A stretch of 43,603 nt of DNA from a virus (taxonomy: Duplodnaviria; Caudoviricetes). The notes under the pieces are model-generated. The model ran no database searches. It was not told the origin of the DNA and saw nothing but the letters and a program-made list of their open reading frames with translations. Shown here in pieces: positions 14,533 through 24,123 of the stretch. How positions within the stretch are numbered: position 1 is the first letter of the stretch; each line of letters starts with the position of its first letter. The stretch is from IMG/VR virus record IMGVR_UViG_3300022862_000009, positions 1 through 43,603 of that record; one strand, written 5' to 3'. The position numbers were made by a program, and so were the translations under genes.

Positions 14533-14969
14533 AGTCAATGAATCCGTCTGCCGTGAAGCCTTTCACCCCTAAGCCGGCGCGGGCCAAGTCGATCGATCGT
14601 GAGGGCCTGGAGCAGGCAGCCTTGATCAAAGAAATCAGCCTGCGCTATCCGGCGGCAGCCAAGCTGATCTACCACGTCCCGAACGGTGGGCACCGGCACA
14701 AGCTGGTGGCGATCAAGCTGAAAGAGCAGGGCGTGAAGGCTGGCGTTCCTGACCTGGTCCTGCCAATGGCGCGCGGCGGCTACTTCGGGCTGTACATCGA
14801 ATTCAAGGCTCGGGCGCCGTATGACGCCGCCGTCTCACCGGCCCAGGACGCATACCTGCAGGCGCTGACCGATCAGGGTTACCTGGCCATCGTTTGCCGT
14901 GGGCACGTCGACGCCATTGAGGCCATCAGGGCCTACCTACTTCAACCACAGACGAGGGCTGCTGCATGA
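14529..14969 (+). CDS. VRR-NUC domain nuclease (putative resolvase)
   Basis: HVPNGG...GVKAGVPDL...LYIEFK...SPAQ PD-(D/E)xK motif. Confidence 0.92.
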   Translation: MKSMNPSAVKPFTPKPARAKSIDREGLEQAALIKEISLRYPAAAKLIYHVPNGGHRHKLVAIKLKEQGVKAGVPDLVLPMARGGYFGLYIEFKARAPYDAAVSPAQDAYLQALTDQGYLAIVCRGHVDAIEAIRAYLLQPQTRAAA

Positions 14970-16246
14970 CGACTGCTGCCGTGAAGATCACCGATGCCGA
15001 AATCAAGCGCCAGGCCTACAGTGATGCGCTCGTTCTGCGCGACACGGACAACCGTGGCCTTTACCTGCGCTTCACCAAGGCCCGTGACCGAGCCTCCTGG
15101 TATTTGGTCACCAAGAGGAAATGGAATCTGATCGGCAGTTACCCCGACCTAAACGCCAAGCAGGTGGTCGCAGCGCTCCCGGCGATTCGCCTGCGTCTGG
15201 AGGCGGGCGAGGGCACCAGCCTGTCGAAGTGGGCCACCGTCGGCGAGCTGCTGTCCTGGTACGCAGAGCGCATGGCCCGCGACCGCAATCTGTCGAGCAA
15301 GCGCAAGAAGACCGGCGCCTCGGCGATCAAGTGCCACCTGATCCCGCGCCTGGGCGAGTTGCCGTTGACCAGCGTCGACAAAGCCACGCTCGACAGCCAG
15401 CTGATGTGGCCACTCCAGGAGACGCTGTCCATCGACTACGTGCGCCTGGTGTTCCAGCTGCTGGCACTGGCGTTTCGCCAAGCATTCAAGCTTGGGTTGA
15501 TCGCTTCCAACCCGATGACCAGCATCAAATTCAGCGACTTCTCCAAGGCCAAGGTCGGGATCAAGCCTTCCAGGCTGCGCGGCGTCCAGTTGCCTGAGCT
15601 GCTTGAACAGTTGCTGACCGTCGTCATGTTCTATCCGGCGGAGGGCATGCTGGCCCTGATGATGCTCTGCCATGGCACCCGCATCGGTGAGACGCGGCAA
15701 GCGCGCTGGTCCCACGTCAGCCTGGCAGAGCGCGAGTGGTTCATTCCGGCCGAGAACACCAAGACCGGCGTCGAGCATCACCTCCCACTCACCGACCAAG
15801 TGCGCAAGCTGTTGATCCGTTACCGCGAGGTCCAGCAGGCTCGTGGGTACGAAGGTCAGTTCCTGTTCCCGTCCCGCAATGGCACCGCGTTGAGTGAGGG
15901 GCAGGCCAGTGCCGTATTCGCCAAGCTTGGGGGTGGTGAGTGGACCAGCCACGACCTGCGCAAGGTGGCTCGCACAGGCTGGGCAGATATCGGCATCGAC
16001 CACCTGATCGGTGAGCTGCTGATCAACCACGCCATGGGTCACAACGTGAAGGTGTACATCCAGTCCGACGTGATGGCCCGCAAGCGTGAAGCCCTAGAGA
16101 AGTGGCACTCGCATCTAGACCAGCGTGGCTTTGCCCTGATTCACGGGTTGACCGGCGTTAGATTCGGAGATTCCGGTAATCCGCTGGAGGCCACGGAATA
16201 TAAGGGCTGCAAGGCCATTCAAGAAACAACCATAGGCGAGGTTTAA
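14966..16246 (+). CDS. Second tyrosine recombinase with an N-terminal arm-binding-like domain
   Basis: GTRIGETR, ENTKTG, HDLRK, INHAMG and KVY give a full catalytic set. Confidence 0.93.
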   Translation: MTTAAVKITDAEIKRQAYSDALVLRDTDNRGLYLRFTKARDRASWYLVTKRKWNLIGSYPDLNAKQVVAALPAIRLRLEAGEGTSLSKWATVGELLSWYAERMARDRNLSSKRKKTGASAIKCHLIPRLGELPLTSVDKATLDSQLMWPLQETLSIDYVRLVFQLLALAFRQAFKLGLIASNPMTSIKFSDFSKAKVGIKPSRLRGVQLPELLEQLLTVVMFYPAEGMLALMMLCHGTRIGETRQARWSHVSLAEREWFIPAENTKTGVEHHLPLTDQVRKLLIRYREVQQARGYEGQFLFPSRNGTALSEGQASAVFAKLGGGEWTSHDLRKVARTGWADIGIDHLIGELLINHAMGHNVKVYIQSDVMARKREALEKWHSHLDQRGFALIHGLTGVRFGDSGNPLEATEYKGCKAIQETTIGEV

Positions 16247-16248
16247 AA

Positions 16249-16530
16249 ATGGACAATCAAGCGCAAATTCCCGACCTGGCCCGCCTGCACCAGTTGGCCG
16301 AAGCTGCGACATCTGGTGCTTGGGAGCGCACCGACGGCTGTGAATGCATCGTCTCGGATTCGGGTGATGAGGCTTTCTGGTCCTGGGAGCAGGCCGGCCC
16401 CGCGCAGGTTCATGGATCAGGCGATCAGCCCGTGGCAGACGCGGACTTCATCTCGGCCGCAAGTCCTGGCGTCGTCCTTACCCTTATCTCCGAGATCATC
16501 GCTCTCCGTGCCCAGCTGGAGGCTAAATGA
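16249..16530 (+). CDS. Ead/Ea22-like protein
   Basis: LAEAATSGAW...ADADFISAASPGVVLTLISEI pattern. Confidence 0.75.
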   Translation: MDNQAQIPDLARLHQLAEAATSGAWERTDGCECIVSDSGDEAFWSWEQAGPAQVHGSGDQPVADADFISAASPGVVLTLISEIIALRAQLEAK

Positions 16531-16844
16531 AGAAGTCCCACGGCCCAGCATTCCGCGCCGCTCAACTCGACCTGGCCAAGTGCCCGGCATGCCGCGGCAA
16601 GGCGGTGATTAGAGGCGTCTTCCATGAGCTGGCCTGCGTGCAGTGCAATGCCTCGGGCTGGGTTACTGCCGAAACCGGTGAGGCACTGCCGCTGGAGGTG
16701 CTGGTTACCCAGCTAAGCATCCGGCTCCATGCCGCCGAGCAACAGATCGCACAACACAACTGCTTCAAGCCTGCCGGTGCTGAAGCGCAATACAACGGGA
16801 ACAACCGCCGTGGCCCAGGTGCCACCAACTTCACAGGGGATTGA
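16527..16844 (+). CDS. Zn-finger hypothetical protein
   Basis: CPACRGK...CVQCNASG. Confidence 0.8.
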   Translation: MKKSHGPAFRAAQLDLAKCPACRGKAVIRGVFHELACVQCNASGWVTAETGEALPLEVLVTQLSIRLHAAEQQIAQHNCFKPAGAEAQYNGNNRRGPGATNFTGD

Positions 16845-16847
16845 GCC

Positions 16848-17201
16848 ATGGCCTTCACACCAAGCTTTAAAGAACGCACCGCCGAGGATCTGCTGGAGCA
16901 TTGGGGTCGCTGGGTTGTGCTGGGCTCTGGCGTGTCGTGCTGCGCGTCACGCGAGAACACCATACTGTCGCCGATGATCACTGACGACGACGCACTAATG
17001 ATCGATGGGTTGATGGGCCGGCTGCTCAAGCGATACCCCGAATGCGGTCAGGTACTGATGAAGTACTACACCACCCGCGACAGTTCGCTGATGGAGGTTG
17101 GCAAGAAGATGGGCTTCGGCGAAGAGAAGGCGCGTGGGCTCTGGAAGGCGGGTATTGCGTGGATTGACGGAGCTTTAGACATTCGCCGTCAGGCCGCTTG
17201 A
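16848..17201 (+). CDS. Q: Antiterminator Q family protein
   Basis: LLEHWGRW...IDG...YY...AGIAWIDG; immediately followed by a pR'-like promoter and terminators. Confidence 0.88.
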   Translation: MAFTPSFKERTAEDLLEHWGRWVVLGSGVSCCASRENTILSPMITDDDALMIDGLMGRLLKRYPECGQVLMKYYTTRDSSLMEVGKKMGFGEEKARGLWKAGIAWIDGALDIRRQAA

Positions 17202-17226
17202 CAGCCCCGGTCCCTGCATATAGATT
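17198..17226 (+). promoter_or_regulatory. Late promoter pR'
   Basis: TTGACA(17198-17203)-17 bp-TAGATT(17221-17226) overlapping the Q stop. Confidence 0.88.
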
Positions 17227-17254
17227 TCAGTTACTTTGCGGTTTTTCCGCGAGC

Positions 17255-17327
17255 AAAGCCCGACCCTAGAGTTGGGCTTTTTGCTTTCCACACCTACTTG
17301 AGCCTCGGCATTTGCCGGGGCTTTTTC
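17255..17327 (+). terminator. Two tandem intrinsic terminators (tR'-like)
   Basis: AAAGCCCGAC..GTTGGGCTTTTT and AGCCTCGGC..GCCGGGGCTTTTT. Confidence 0.85.
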
Positions 17328-17414
17328 GTTTTCGGCTCCACCACACCCATTGCTCCGAGCTGGGAGTGCTGCTGGAGCCGGATCTATTCACTCCCCGAAA
17401 GGGAGGAACCTGAG

Positions 17415-17744
17415 ATGCCGAACATGCCAGATAAGCCAGACACCTGGGCATTGATGCTTGCGTGGCTGAGCCAGCATGCGCCGATCCTTTACCCGGCCGG
17501 GCTGTCCTTCGCCATGGCCGTGTTGCGCATCACCTATGGTGGTGGTTCGCGCCGCCAGATGCTGGTGGAAGGTGTGCTATGTGGAGGGCTGACCCTGACC
17601 ATCATCAGCGGTCTGGAGTTCTTCGGTCTGCCGCAGAGCATGGCCACGTTCGTAGGTGGCTGGGTAGGCTTCTTGGGTGTGGAAAAGATCCGGTCGATTG
17701 CTGATCGGGTCACAGACTTCAAGCTGCCAACCAGGACGCCCTGA
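17415..17744 (+). CDS. Lambda-family holin; possible dual start (Met1-Pro-Asn-Met4)
   Basis: MPNMPDKPDTW..., three TM segments, GGWVGFLGVEKIR; GGGAGG SD. Confidence 0.9.
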   Translation: MPNMPDKPDTWALMLAWLSQHAPILYPAGLSFAMAVLRITYGGGSRRQMLVEGVLCGGLTLTIISGLEFFGLPQSMATFVGGWVGFLGVEKIRSIADRVTDFKLPTRTP

Positions 17745-18061
17745 TGGCCAGGATACCCAGCCTCAAGTCCAGGCTCACGCCAGTGGACAGCCGCAAGGTC
17801 TCATCGCTTGCTGATGCTTCGAGTGTTGAGTCGTGGGGCTCAGGCCGAGGCGGTCGCCCATGGCGCCGCAAACGTGAGGCGATTTTGATCCGCGATAATT
17901 ACACCTGTCGGGTATGCGGACTCACAACCAAAGACCTTGAGGTTGACCACATCATCAACGTCGCCCAGGGCGGCACCGATGATGACGGTAACCTCCAGGC
18001 AATCTGCGTCCCATGCCACAAAGCTAAGACGGCTCGCGAGTCAGCAGCCCATCGAGGCTGA
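17744..18061 (+). CDS. HNH endonuclease (terminase-associated)
   Basis: RDNYTCRVCG...VDHI...GG...NLQAICVPCH..KT. Confidence 0.93.
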   Translation: MARIPSLKSRLTPVDSRKVSSLADASSVESWGSGRGGRPWRRKREAILIRDNYTCRVCGLTTKDLEVDHIINVAQGGTDDDGNLQAICVPCHKAKTARESAAHRG

Positions 18062-18064
18062 GGC

Positions 18065-18208
18065 GATTCTTAAAGATCTATAAGAATCTTATTTTTCTAA
18101 GAGATTTTCGACGGAGAGGGCCCTAGCCGAGGGGAGGGGTGGGGTAAGAGTTCAGGCCCTTTTGTGTCGGACACCACTCCCCCTCTCACGCGCAGATTTT
18201 CTCCCCCT
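18065..18208. other. Putative cos/packaging region
   Basis: Intergenic between HNH and terS, as in HK97/D3; inverted repeat GATTCTTA-N8-TAAGAATC, G-rich tract, then ACTCCCCCT at 18176-18184. Confidence 0.5.
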
Positions 18209-18229
18209 TTTGAAAAAGGAATTCAGCAA

Positions 18230-18637
18230 ATGGCAGGCGTTAAAGGCAAGAGCGGGGGCGCTCGCCCTAACTCTGGCGGCGCTCGGCCGGGTGCTGGCAG
18301 GAAAAAGAAGGTCGAGCCGGAATCAGCAAATTCCTCGGCAGTCTCTGTGGAGTTCGAGGCGCAGCCGCACGGCGGCGCATTGAAGCGAGAGAGGGCGGTG
18401 CCGGTGCCTGCACCTGAGATGGATATGTTGGCCCTGCTGACCAAGATCGCGCTCGGTCAACTCGCCGCGAGCCCCATCCAGGTCAGAGCGGCGATCGCAG
18501 CAGTTCAGTACACGCACGTCAAAAAGGCGGATGGCGGTAAGAAGGATGGGAAGCAAAAAGCTGCCGAGGACGCCGCCGGGAAATTCAACCGGCAGGCTCC
18601 GCCCAAATTAGTCGCAGCGAACGGTAAGCAGGTTTAA
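18230..18637 (+). CDS. terS: Terminase small subunit
   Basis: MAGVKGKSGGARPNSGGARPGAGRK; position upstream of terL; AAGGA SD. Confidence 0.85.
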   Translation: MAGVKGKSGGARPNSGGARPGAGRKKKVEPESANSSAVSVEFEAQPHGGALKRERAVPVPAPEMDMLALLTKIALGQLAASPIQVRAAIAAVQYTHVKKADGGKKDGKQKAAEDAAGKFNRQAPPKLVAANGKQV

Positions 18638-18639
18638 CT

Positions 18640-20331
18640 ATGCAGTGGTCGACCGCATGCCCCGACTGGGAGCAACGCCTGATAGACCATGAGTCGATCA
18701 TCCCGCCGCCGATTTTTGTAGAGGAAGCGGAGCGCGCGCTCCAGATATTCAAGGAGCTCCGCGTTCCAGATCTGCCAGGCAAGCCAAGGATGGCCGATTG
18801 TTGCGATGAGTGGGTTTTCGACTACGTCCGCTGCATCTTCGGAGCCTACGATGCGGATACTGGCAAGCAACTGATCCGCGAGTTCGGTTTGCTGATCAGC
18901 AAGAAGAACACGAAGAGCACCATTGCAGCCGGCATCATGCTCACCGCTCTGATTCTCTGCTGGCGAGAAGAAGAGGAACATCTGATCCTGGCGCCGACCA
19001 AGGAGGTGGCGGATAACGCGTTCAAGCCTGCTGCGGGTATGGTTCGTGCTGATGAAGAACTGTCAGCGATGTTTCACATCCAGGAACACACCAGGACGAT
19101 CACGGACCGGACCACCCTTAATTCATTGAAGGTCGTTGCGGCTGACACTGACACCGTTTCCGGCAAGAAGTCGGGCAAGGTGCTGGTCGATGAGCTTTGG
19201 GTGTTTGGCAAGAGAGCAAATGCCGAGTCAATGTTCATGGAGGCACTTGGCGGACAGATCTCCCGCGAAGAGGGATGGGTCATCTACCTCACCACTCAAA
19301 GTGATGAGCCGCCGGCAGGGGTTTTCAAAGAGCGCTTGAGTTACTGGCGCGATGTTCGTGATGGAAAGGTGGTTGACTGCAAGACGCTGGGGGTTCTTTA
19401 CGAGTTCCCAGTCCGGATGGTCGCTAACAAGCAATACCTGAATCCGGAAAACTTCTACATCACCAACCCAAACATCGGTCGGTCAGTAAGCGCCGAGTGG
19501 CTAGAAGACCAGTTGAAGAAGCGTCTGGGAACCTCGGACGGCTCTTTGCAGAAGTTCCTGGCCAAACACCTGAATATCGAAATCGGCCTCAACCTGCGAA
19601 CTGATCGCTGGGCCGGCGCCGATCATTGGGAGGCTGCCGGCGACAACTCGCTGACCTTTGACGAATTGCTGCTGCGCTCTGAGGTGATCGTGGTGGGGAT
19701 CGATGGCGGCGGGCTGGACGACCTGCTGGGGCTCAGCTTAATTGGTCGCGAGCGTGAAACCCGACGCTGGCTGCACTGGGCGCACGCCTGGGCTCACAAG
19801 ATCGCTTTGGAGCGCCGTAAGGATATCGTTTCAAACCTGCGTGACTTCGAGGCCGATGGTGATCTGACGATTGTTGATCGGCCCGGTGATGACGTGCTGC
19901 AGGTGGCCGACATCATTTGCGAGGTTCGTGACGCCGGTCTTTTGCCGGACAAGCAGGCAATTGGTGTCGACTCAGCTGGCATCGGCGACATCATTGACGA
20001 GCTGACCACGGAAGAGCGCGGCATCACCATGGAGCAGATTGTTTCGATCTCCCAGGGCTGGCGGCTCAACGGCGCCATCAAGACCACTGAGCGCAAGGTG
20101 GCCGGCGGTGAGTTTGTTCACGGCGGTACGCGACTGATGGCCTGGTGCGTTGGCAACGCCCGGACGGTGGCGGTAGGTAACGCGATCGCGATCAACAAGC
20201 AGGTGAGCGGGTCGGCAAAGATTGACCCGTTGATGGCAACTTTCGACGCAACGACGCTTATAGCGCTGAACCCGGTGGGTTGTGGTGATCTACAGGGCTT
20301 TTTCGACAATCCAATTATGGTGGGGCTTTGA
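18640..20331 (+). CDS. terL: Terminase large subunit
   Basis: ISKKNTKST Walker A, VLVDELW Walker B, GIDGGGLDDL nuclease motif, KIDP. Confidence 0.96.
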   Translation: MQWSTACPDWEQRLIDHESIIPPPIFVEEAERALQIFKELRVPDLPGKPRMADCCDEWVFDYVRCIFGAYDADTGKQLIREFGLLISKKNTKSTIAAGIMLTALILCWREEEEHLILAPTKEVADNAFKPAAGMVRADEELSAMFHIQEHTRTITDRTTLNSLKVVAADTDTVSGKKSGKVLVDELWVFGKRANAESMFMEALGGQISREEGWVIYLTTQSDEPPAGVFKERLSYWRDVRDGKVVDCKTLGVLYEFPVRMVANKQYLNPENFYITNPNIGRSVSAEWLEDQLKKRLGTSDGSLQKFLAKHLNIEIGLNLRTDRWAGADHWEAAGDNSLTFDELLLRSEVIVVGIDGGGLDDLLGLSLIGRERETRRWLHWAHAWAHKIALERRKDIVSNLRDFEADGDLTIVDRPGDDVLQVADIICEVRDAGLLPDKQAIGVDSAGIGDIIDELTTEERGITMEQIVSISQGWRLNGAIKTTERKVAGGEFVHGGTRLMAWCVGNARTVAVGNAIAINKQVSGSAKIDPLMATFDATTLIALNPVGCGDLQGFFDNPIMVGL

Positions 20332-21731
20332 TGGCGCGCGAAAAGAAACCCGGGCGACTCAAGGCCACTCTTCAAAATTGGCTTGGTGTGCCCATCGGAT
20401 TAAAGGATGGTTCGTTCTGGCAGGAGTGGTTCGGTAGTTCGGTCAGTGGTCAGCACGTATCGGTTGATAAAGCCATGCAGCTGTCCACGGTATGGGCATG
20501 CGTCCGCTTGCTTTCGGAGTCGGTATCGACGTTGCCGCTGAAGCTGTACCGGCGCCTGCCGGATGGCTCGAGGGCTCCGGCAACGGACCACCCGCTGTAC
20601 CGGCTGCTGTGTCGGGTGCCGAACTCAGAAATGACCCCGCAGCGCTTCATGCTGCTGGTGGTGGCCAGCATCTGCCTTCGCGGCAATGCTTTCGTCGAGA
20701 AGAAGATGCTTGCGGGCCGGATCATTGCGCTGGTGCCGCTTCTGCCGCAGTGCATGCGGGTCAAGCGACAGGACAATGGTCGGCTCAAGTACACCTACAC
20801 CGAGAACGGTGTTGAGCGTGACATTCCCGAAAAGACCCTGATGCACATCCGCGGCTTTGGCCTGGATGGCGTATGCGGGATGCTGCCCGTAACGACCGGC
20901 AAGGAGATCTTCGGATCAGCCATGGCGGTTGAAGAGGCGGCCGCCAAGGTCTTTGCCCAGGGTATGCAGGCCTCCGGGATTCTATCCAGCGACAAGGTGC
21001 TGACCCCGGCACAGCGCGAGCAGCTGCGCACTAGCCTGGGTTCGTTCATGGGCTCCAAGAACGCCGGCAAGATCATGGTTGCTGAGGCGGGCCTCAAGTA
21101 CCAGGGGATCACCATGAACCCCGAAGCCTCGCAAATGCTGGAGTCACGCTCGTTCAGCATTGAAGAGATGTGCCGGTGGTTCCGGGTGCCGCCCTTCATG
21201 GTCGGTCACATGGATAAGCAGTCCAGCTGGGCCAGTTCGGTGGAAGCTCAGAACCTGCACTTCCTGACCAACAGTTTGCGCCCGCTACTGGTGAACATTG
21301 AGCAGGAAATCACCCGATGCCTGATCGGTGAGGCTGACGCTGACGAGTTCTTCGCTGAGTTCGCTGTTGAAGGGTTGCTGCGAGCTGACAGCGCCGGTCG
21401 TGGAGCCTGGTACAACACCGCTCTGCAAAACGGCTGGATGTGCCGCAACGAGGTACGGCGTCTGGAAAACATGGCTCCAATCCCTGGAGGCGATACCTTC
21501 ACTGTTCAGTCGGCGCTTGTGCCGCTTGACCAGCTCGGCAAACAGTCGGCCGGCATGTCGCCGGCGGCTACCGCCTTCATGTTGCGCATCACTGCGGCAA
21601 ATCAGAGCGGGGACAAGGAGGCAATCAAGGAGGCCTTCGACCTGGCAACCAAGGCGCTCAATGCCGGAAACCCCGATGGGCCAATGATGGCCCATGCACT
21701 GATATCTCTACCTCGGCTTCTCGCCGCTTGA
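20331..21731 (+). CDS. HK97-family portal protein
   Basis: STVWACVRLLSESVSTLPL, GNAF, HIRGF, FRVPP..G, NEVRRLEN. Confidence 0.96.
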   Translation: MAREKKPGRLKATLQNWLGVPIGLKDGSFWQEWFGSSVSGQHVSVDKAMQLSTVWACVRLLSESVSTLPLKLYRRLPDGSRAPATDHPLYRLLCRVPNSEMTPQRFMLLVVASICLRGNAFVEKKMLAGRIIALVPLLPQCMRVKRQDNGRLKYTYTENGVERDIPEKTLMHIRGFGLDGVCGMLPVTTGKEIFGSAMAVEEAAAKVFAQGMQASGILSSDKVLTPAQREQLRTSLGSFMGSKNAGKIMVAEAGLKYQGITMNPEASQMLESRSFSIEEMCRWFRVPPFMVGHMDKQSSWASSVEAQNLHFLTNSLRPLLVNIEQEITRCLIGEADADEFFAEFAVEGLLRADSAGRGAWYNTALQNGWMCRNEVRRLENMAPIPGGDTFTVQSALVPLDQLGKQSAGMSPAATAFMLRITAANQSGDKEAIKEAFDLATKALNAGNPDGPMMAHALISLPRLLAA

Positions 21732-21745
21732 TCCTGGAGTAACCA

Positions 21746-22633
21746 ATGACCCTAAAGACCATTCCGGCGGCGCCGGCGGCTCGGCCGCGCGCGCAGGTTC
21801 ACTGCGACCTGACGCCGAAGGCCTTGGAGCGGTGGAACCCATCGATCAAGGCGGCCAGCACCGATGACAATTCAATCACCATTTACGACCCAATCGGGTT
21901 TGATTGGTGGACTGGGGAGGGTGTTACGGCAAAAAGAATCAGCGCCGCGCTGCGCTCTATTGGTGACAGCGATGTGACCGTGAAGATCAACAGCCCCGGT
22001 GGCGACGTGTTTGAGGGCCTGGCCATTTACAACTTGCTGCGCGAGCACAAGGGGAAGGTTACGGTGCAGATCCTCGGACTCGCCGCTTCGGCCGCGTCGT
22101 TCATCGCCATGGCGGCGGATGAAATTCAGATCGCGCGGGCAGGCTTCCTGATGATCCACAACAGCTGGACCATGGCAGCCGGTGACCGCAACGACATTCG
22201 TGAAGTCGCCGATTTCCTCGAGCAGATCGACGGCACCCTGGCCGATATCTACGCCGTGCGAACCGGCGACCCAATCGAAGCCATGCGCAAGTTGATGGAT
22301 GTTGAGACCTGGATGGGGGGGGCGGCTGCTATCGATGCAGGGTTTGCCGACAGCCTGCTTTCGTCTGATGCCGCTGTCGAGGATGCCAGCGCATCGGCGC
22401 CTCACCAGGTCGCCGCCCGCCGTATGGATCTGATCCTGGCAAAACAGGGCATGCCGCGCTCCGAGCGCCGCGCCCTTATTCAAGAACTCAAGGCTGGTAC
22501 GCCTGGCGCTACCACCTCCGGCAAGCAGAACGCTGCCGCAACCCCGGCCGACCTGGCCGACCCCATTGCCGAACTACAGGCCGCGCTTTCGCGGTTCTCG
22601 GCAGCAGCTATTCAAACCGGAGAAAAACCATGA
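21746..22633 (+). CDS. ClpP-type head maturation protease
   Basis: INSPGGDVFEG, GLAASAASFIAMA, LMIHN, ETW...GFAD. Confidence 0.95.
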   Translation: MTLKTIPAAPAARPRAQVHCDLTPKALERWNPSIKAASTDDNSITIYDPIGFDWWTGEGVTAKRISAALRSIGDSDVTVKINSPGGDVFEGLAIYNLLREHKGKVTVQILGLAASAASFIAMAADEIQIARAGFLMIHNSWTMAAGDRNDIREVADFLEQIDGTLADIYAVRTGDPIEAMRKLMDVETWMGGAAAIDAGFADSLLSSDAAVEDASASAPHQVAARRMDLILAKQGMPRSERRALIQELKAGTPGATTSGKQNAAATPADLADPIAELQAALSRFSAAAIQTGEKP

Positions 22634-23844
22634 GCGACACTACTGCCGAGCTGTTGAAGAACGTCTCCAACGAGCTCAAGAAGGCCACTGACGAATTCAG
22701 CAAACAGGCTGAAAACGCATTGACCGAAGCCAAGAAAGCCGGCTCCTTGTCGGCGGAAACCAAAAACGCCGTCGATGAACTGGCCACCAAGTTCAACAGC
22801 TTGACCGAAGCTGAAAAACAGTTGAAAGCGCAGCTCGGCGAGCTGGAGCAGGAGTTTGCACGCATCCCTGCCAGCACCGCCGCTGCATCCCGCGATACAG
22901 TGGGCGGCGTCGTCATCAAAAGCGAGGCGCTGAAACAGTTCTCCGCACACATCGAAGGCAACCGTCGAATCAGCATTCCGGTGCATGCTGCCTTGCTGAG
23001 CGGCAACGTGCCGGCCGGCGTCGTAGAGCCGCAGCGGCTTCCTGGCATCGATACTGCTCCGAAACAGCGTCTGTTTATCCGCGACCTCATCGCACCAGGC
23101 CGAACCACGTCGCCCGCGATCTTTTGGGTTCAGCAAACCGGATTCACCAACGCTGCAAGGGTTGTTGCCGAGGGCACTCAGAAGCCGTACAGCGACATCC
23201 AGTTCGCGACCAAAATCACGCCGGTCAGCACCATCGCGCATATGTTCAAGGCGTCTAAGCAGATCCTCGATGACTTCGCGCAACTGCAATCCACTATCGA
23301 CACCGAAATGCGCTACGGCCTGAAATACGCCGAAGAGCAAGAGATTCTGTTCGGTGATGGTACCGGTGTGCACCTGCACGGTATCGTGCCGCAGGCATCG
23401 GCCTTCGATCCTGCGTTCCAGGTTCAAGACCAAACCGGGATCGATGATTTGCGCCTCGCCATGTTGCAGGCTCAGCTGGCACGACTGCCGGCGTCTGGCC
23501 ATGTTCTGCACTTCATCGATTGGGCAAAGATCGAACTCACCAAAGATTCGCTGGGTCGCTACATCCTGGCTAACCCGCTGGGCCTGTCCGGTCCGTTGCT
23601 GTGGGGTCTGCCGGTGGTAGCCACTGAAATCGCGGCTTTCCAGGGCAAGTTCCTGACCGGCGCGTTCCAGACCGGCGCGCAGCTGTTCGATCGCGAGGAC
23701 GCCAACGTGGTGATTTCCACCGAGAACGCCGACGACTTCGAGAAGAACATGATCTCGATCCGTTGCGAAGAGCGCGCTGCGCTGGCAGTGAAACGCCCCG
23801 AGGCATTCATCTACGGCTCGTTCACCCCGCCTAAAGCCCCTTAA
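22630..23844 (+). CDS. HK97-fold major capsid protein
   Basis: N-terminal coiled-coil delta domain; EQEILFGDG, KDSLGRY, LWGLPVV, IRCEER. Confidence 0.96.
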   Translation: MSDTTAELLKNVSNELKKATDEFSKQAENALTEAKKAGSLSAETKNAVDELATKFNSLTEAEKQLKAQLGELEQEFARIPASTAAASRDTVGGVVIKSEALKQFSAHIEGNRRISIPVHAALLSGNVPAGVVEPQRLPGIDTAPKQRLFIRDLIAPGRTTSPAIFWVQQTGFTNAARVVAEGTQKPYSDIQFATKITPVSTIAHMFKASKQILDDFAQLQSTIDTEMRYGLKYAEEQEILFGDGTGVHLHGIVPQASAFDPAFQVQDQTGIDDLRLAMLQAQLARLPASGHVLHFIDWAKIELTKDSLGRYILANPLGLSGPLLWGLPVVATEIAAFQGKFLTGAFQTGAQLFDREDANVVISTENADDFEKNMISIRCEERAALAVKRPEAFIYGSFTPPKAP

Positions 23845-23888
23845 TTCATTGATGGGGCCGCCGTTTTGGCGGCCCAACGGAGTGCGCC

Positions 23889-24122
23889 ATGAAGATGAAA
23901 ACGACCAAGCCGCTTTATCTTGGCGGCAAAACGCTGTCCGAAGGTTCGGTGTTTGTCACTGACGAGCAGCACGGACGCCAGCTTTTGCAGAAGGGTTACG
24001 CCGTGGAGTGCGACGACGACGGCGAGCCTCTGGTGGATTTGACTGAGCAGGAAAAGTCGCCTGACCCACTGTCCAGCGAAAAGGTGGCAGGGAAGCCAGG
24101 CGGCAAGAAGAAAGGTTCCTGA
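23889..24122 (+). CDS. Small head-region protein
   Basis: Located between capsid and connector; GGAG SD. Confidence 0.75.
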   Translation: MKMKTTKPLYLGGKTLSEGSVFVTDEQHGRQLLQKGYAVECDDDGEPLVDLTEQEKSPDPLSSEKVAGKPGGKKKGS

Positions 24123-24123
24123 C

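Noticed and set aside
22612-23877. 421-aa minus-strand ORF
   Set aside because: Antisense shadow of the major capsid gene
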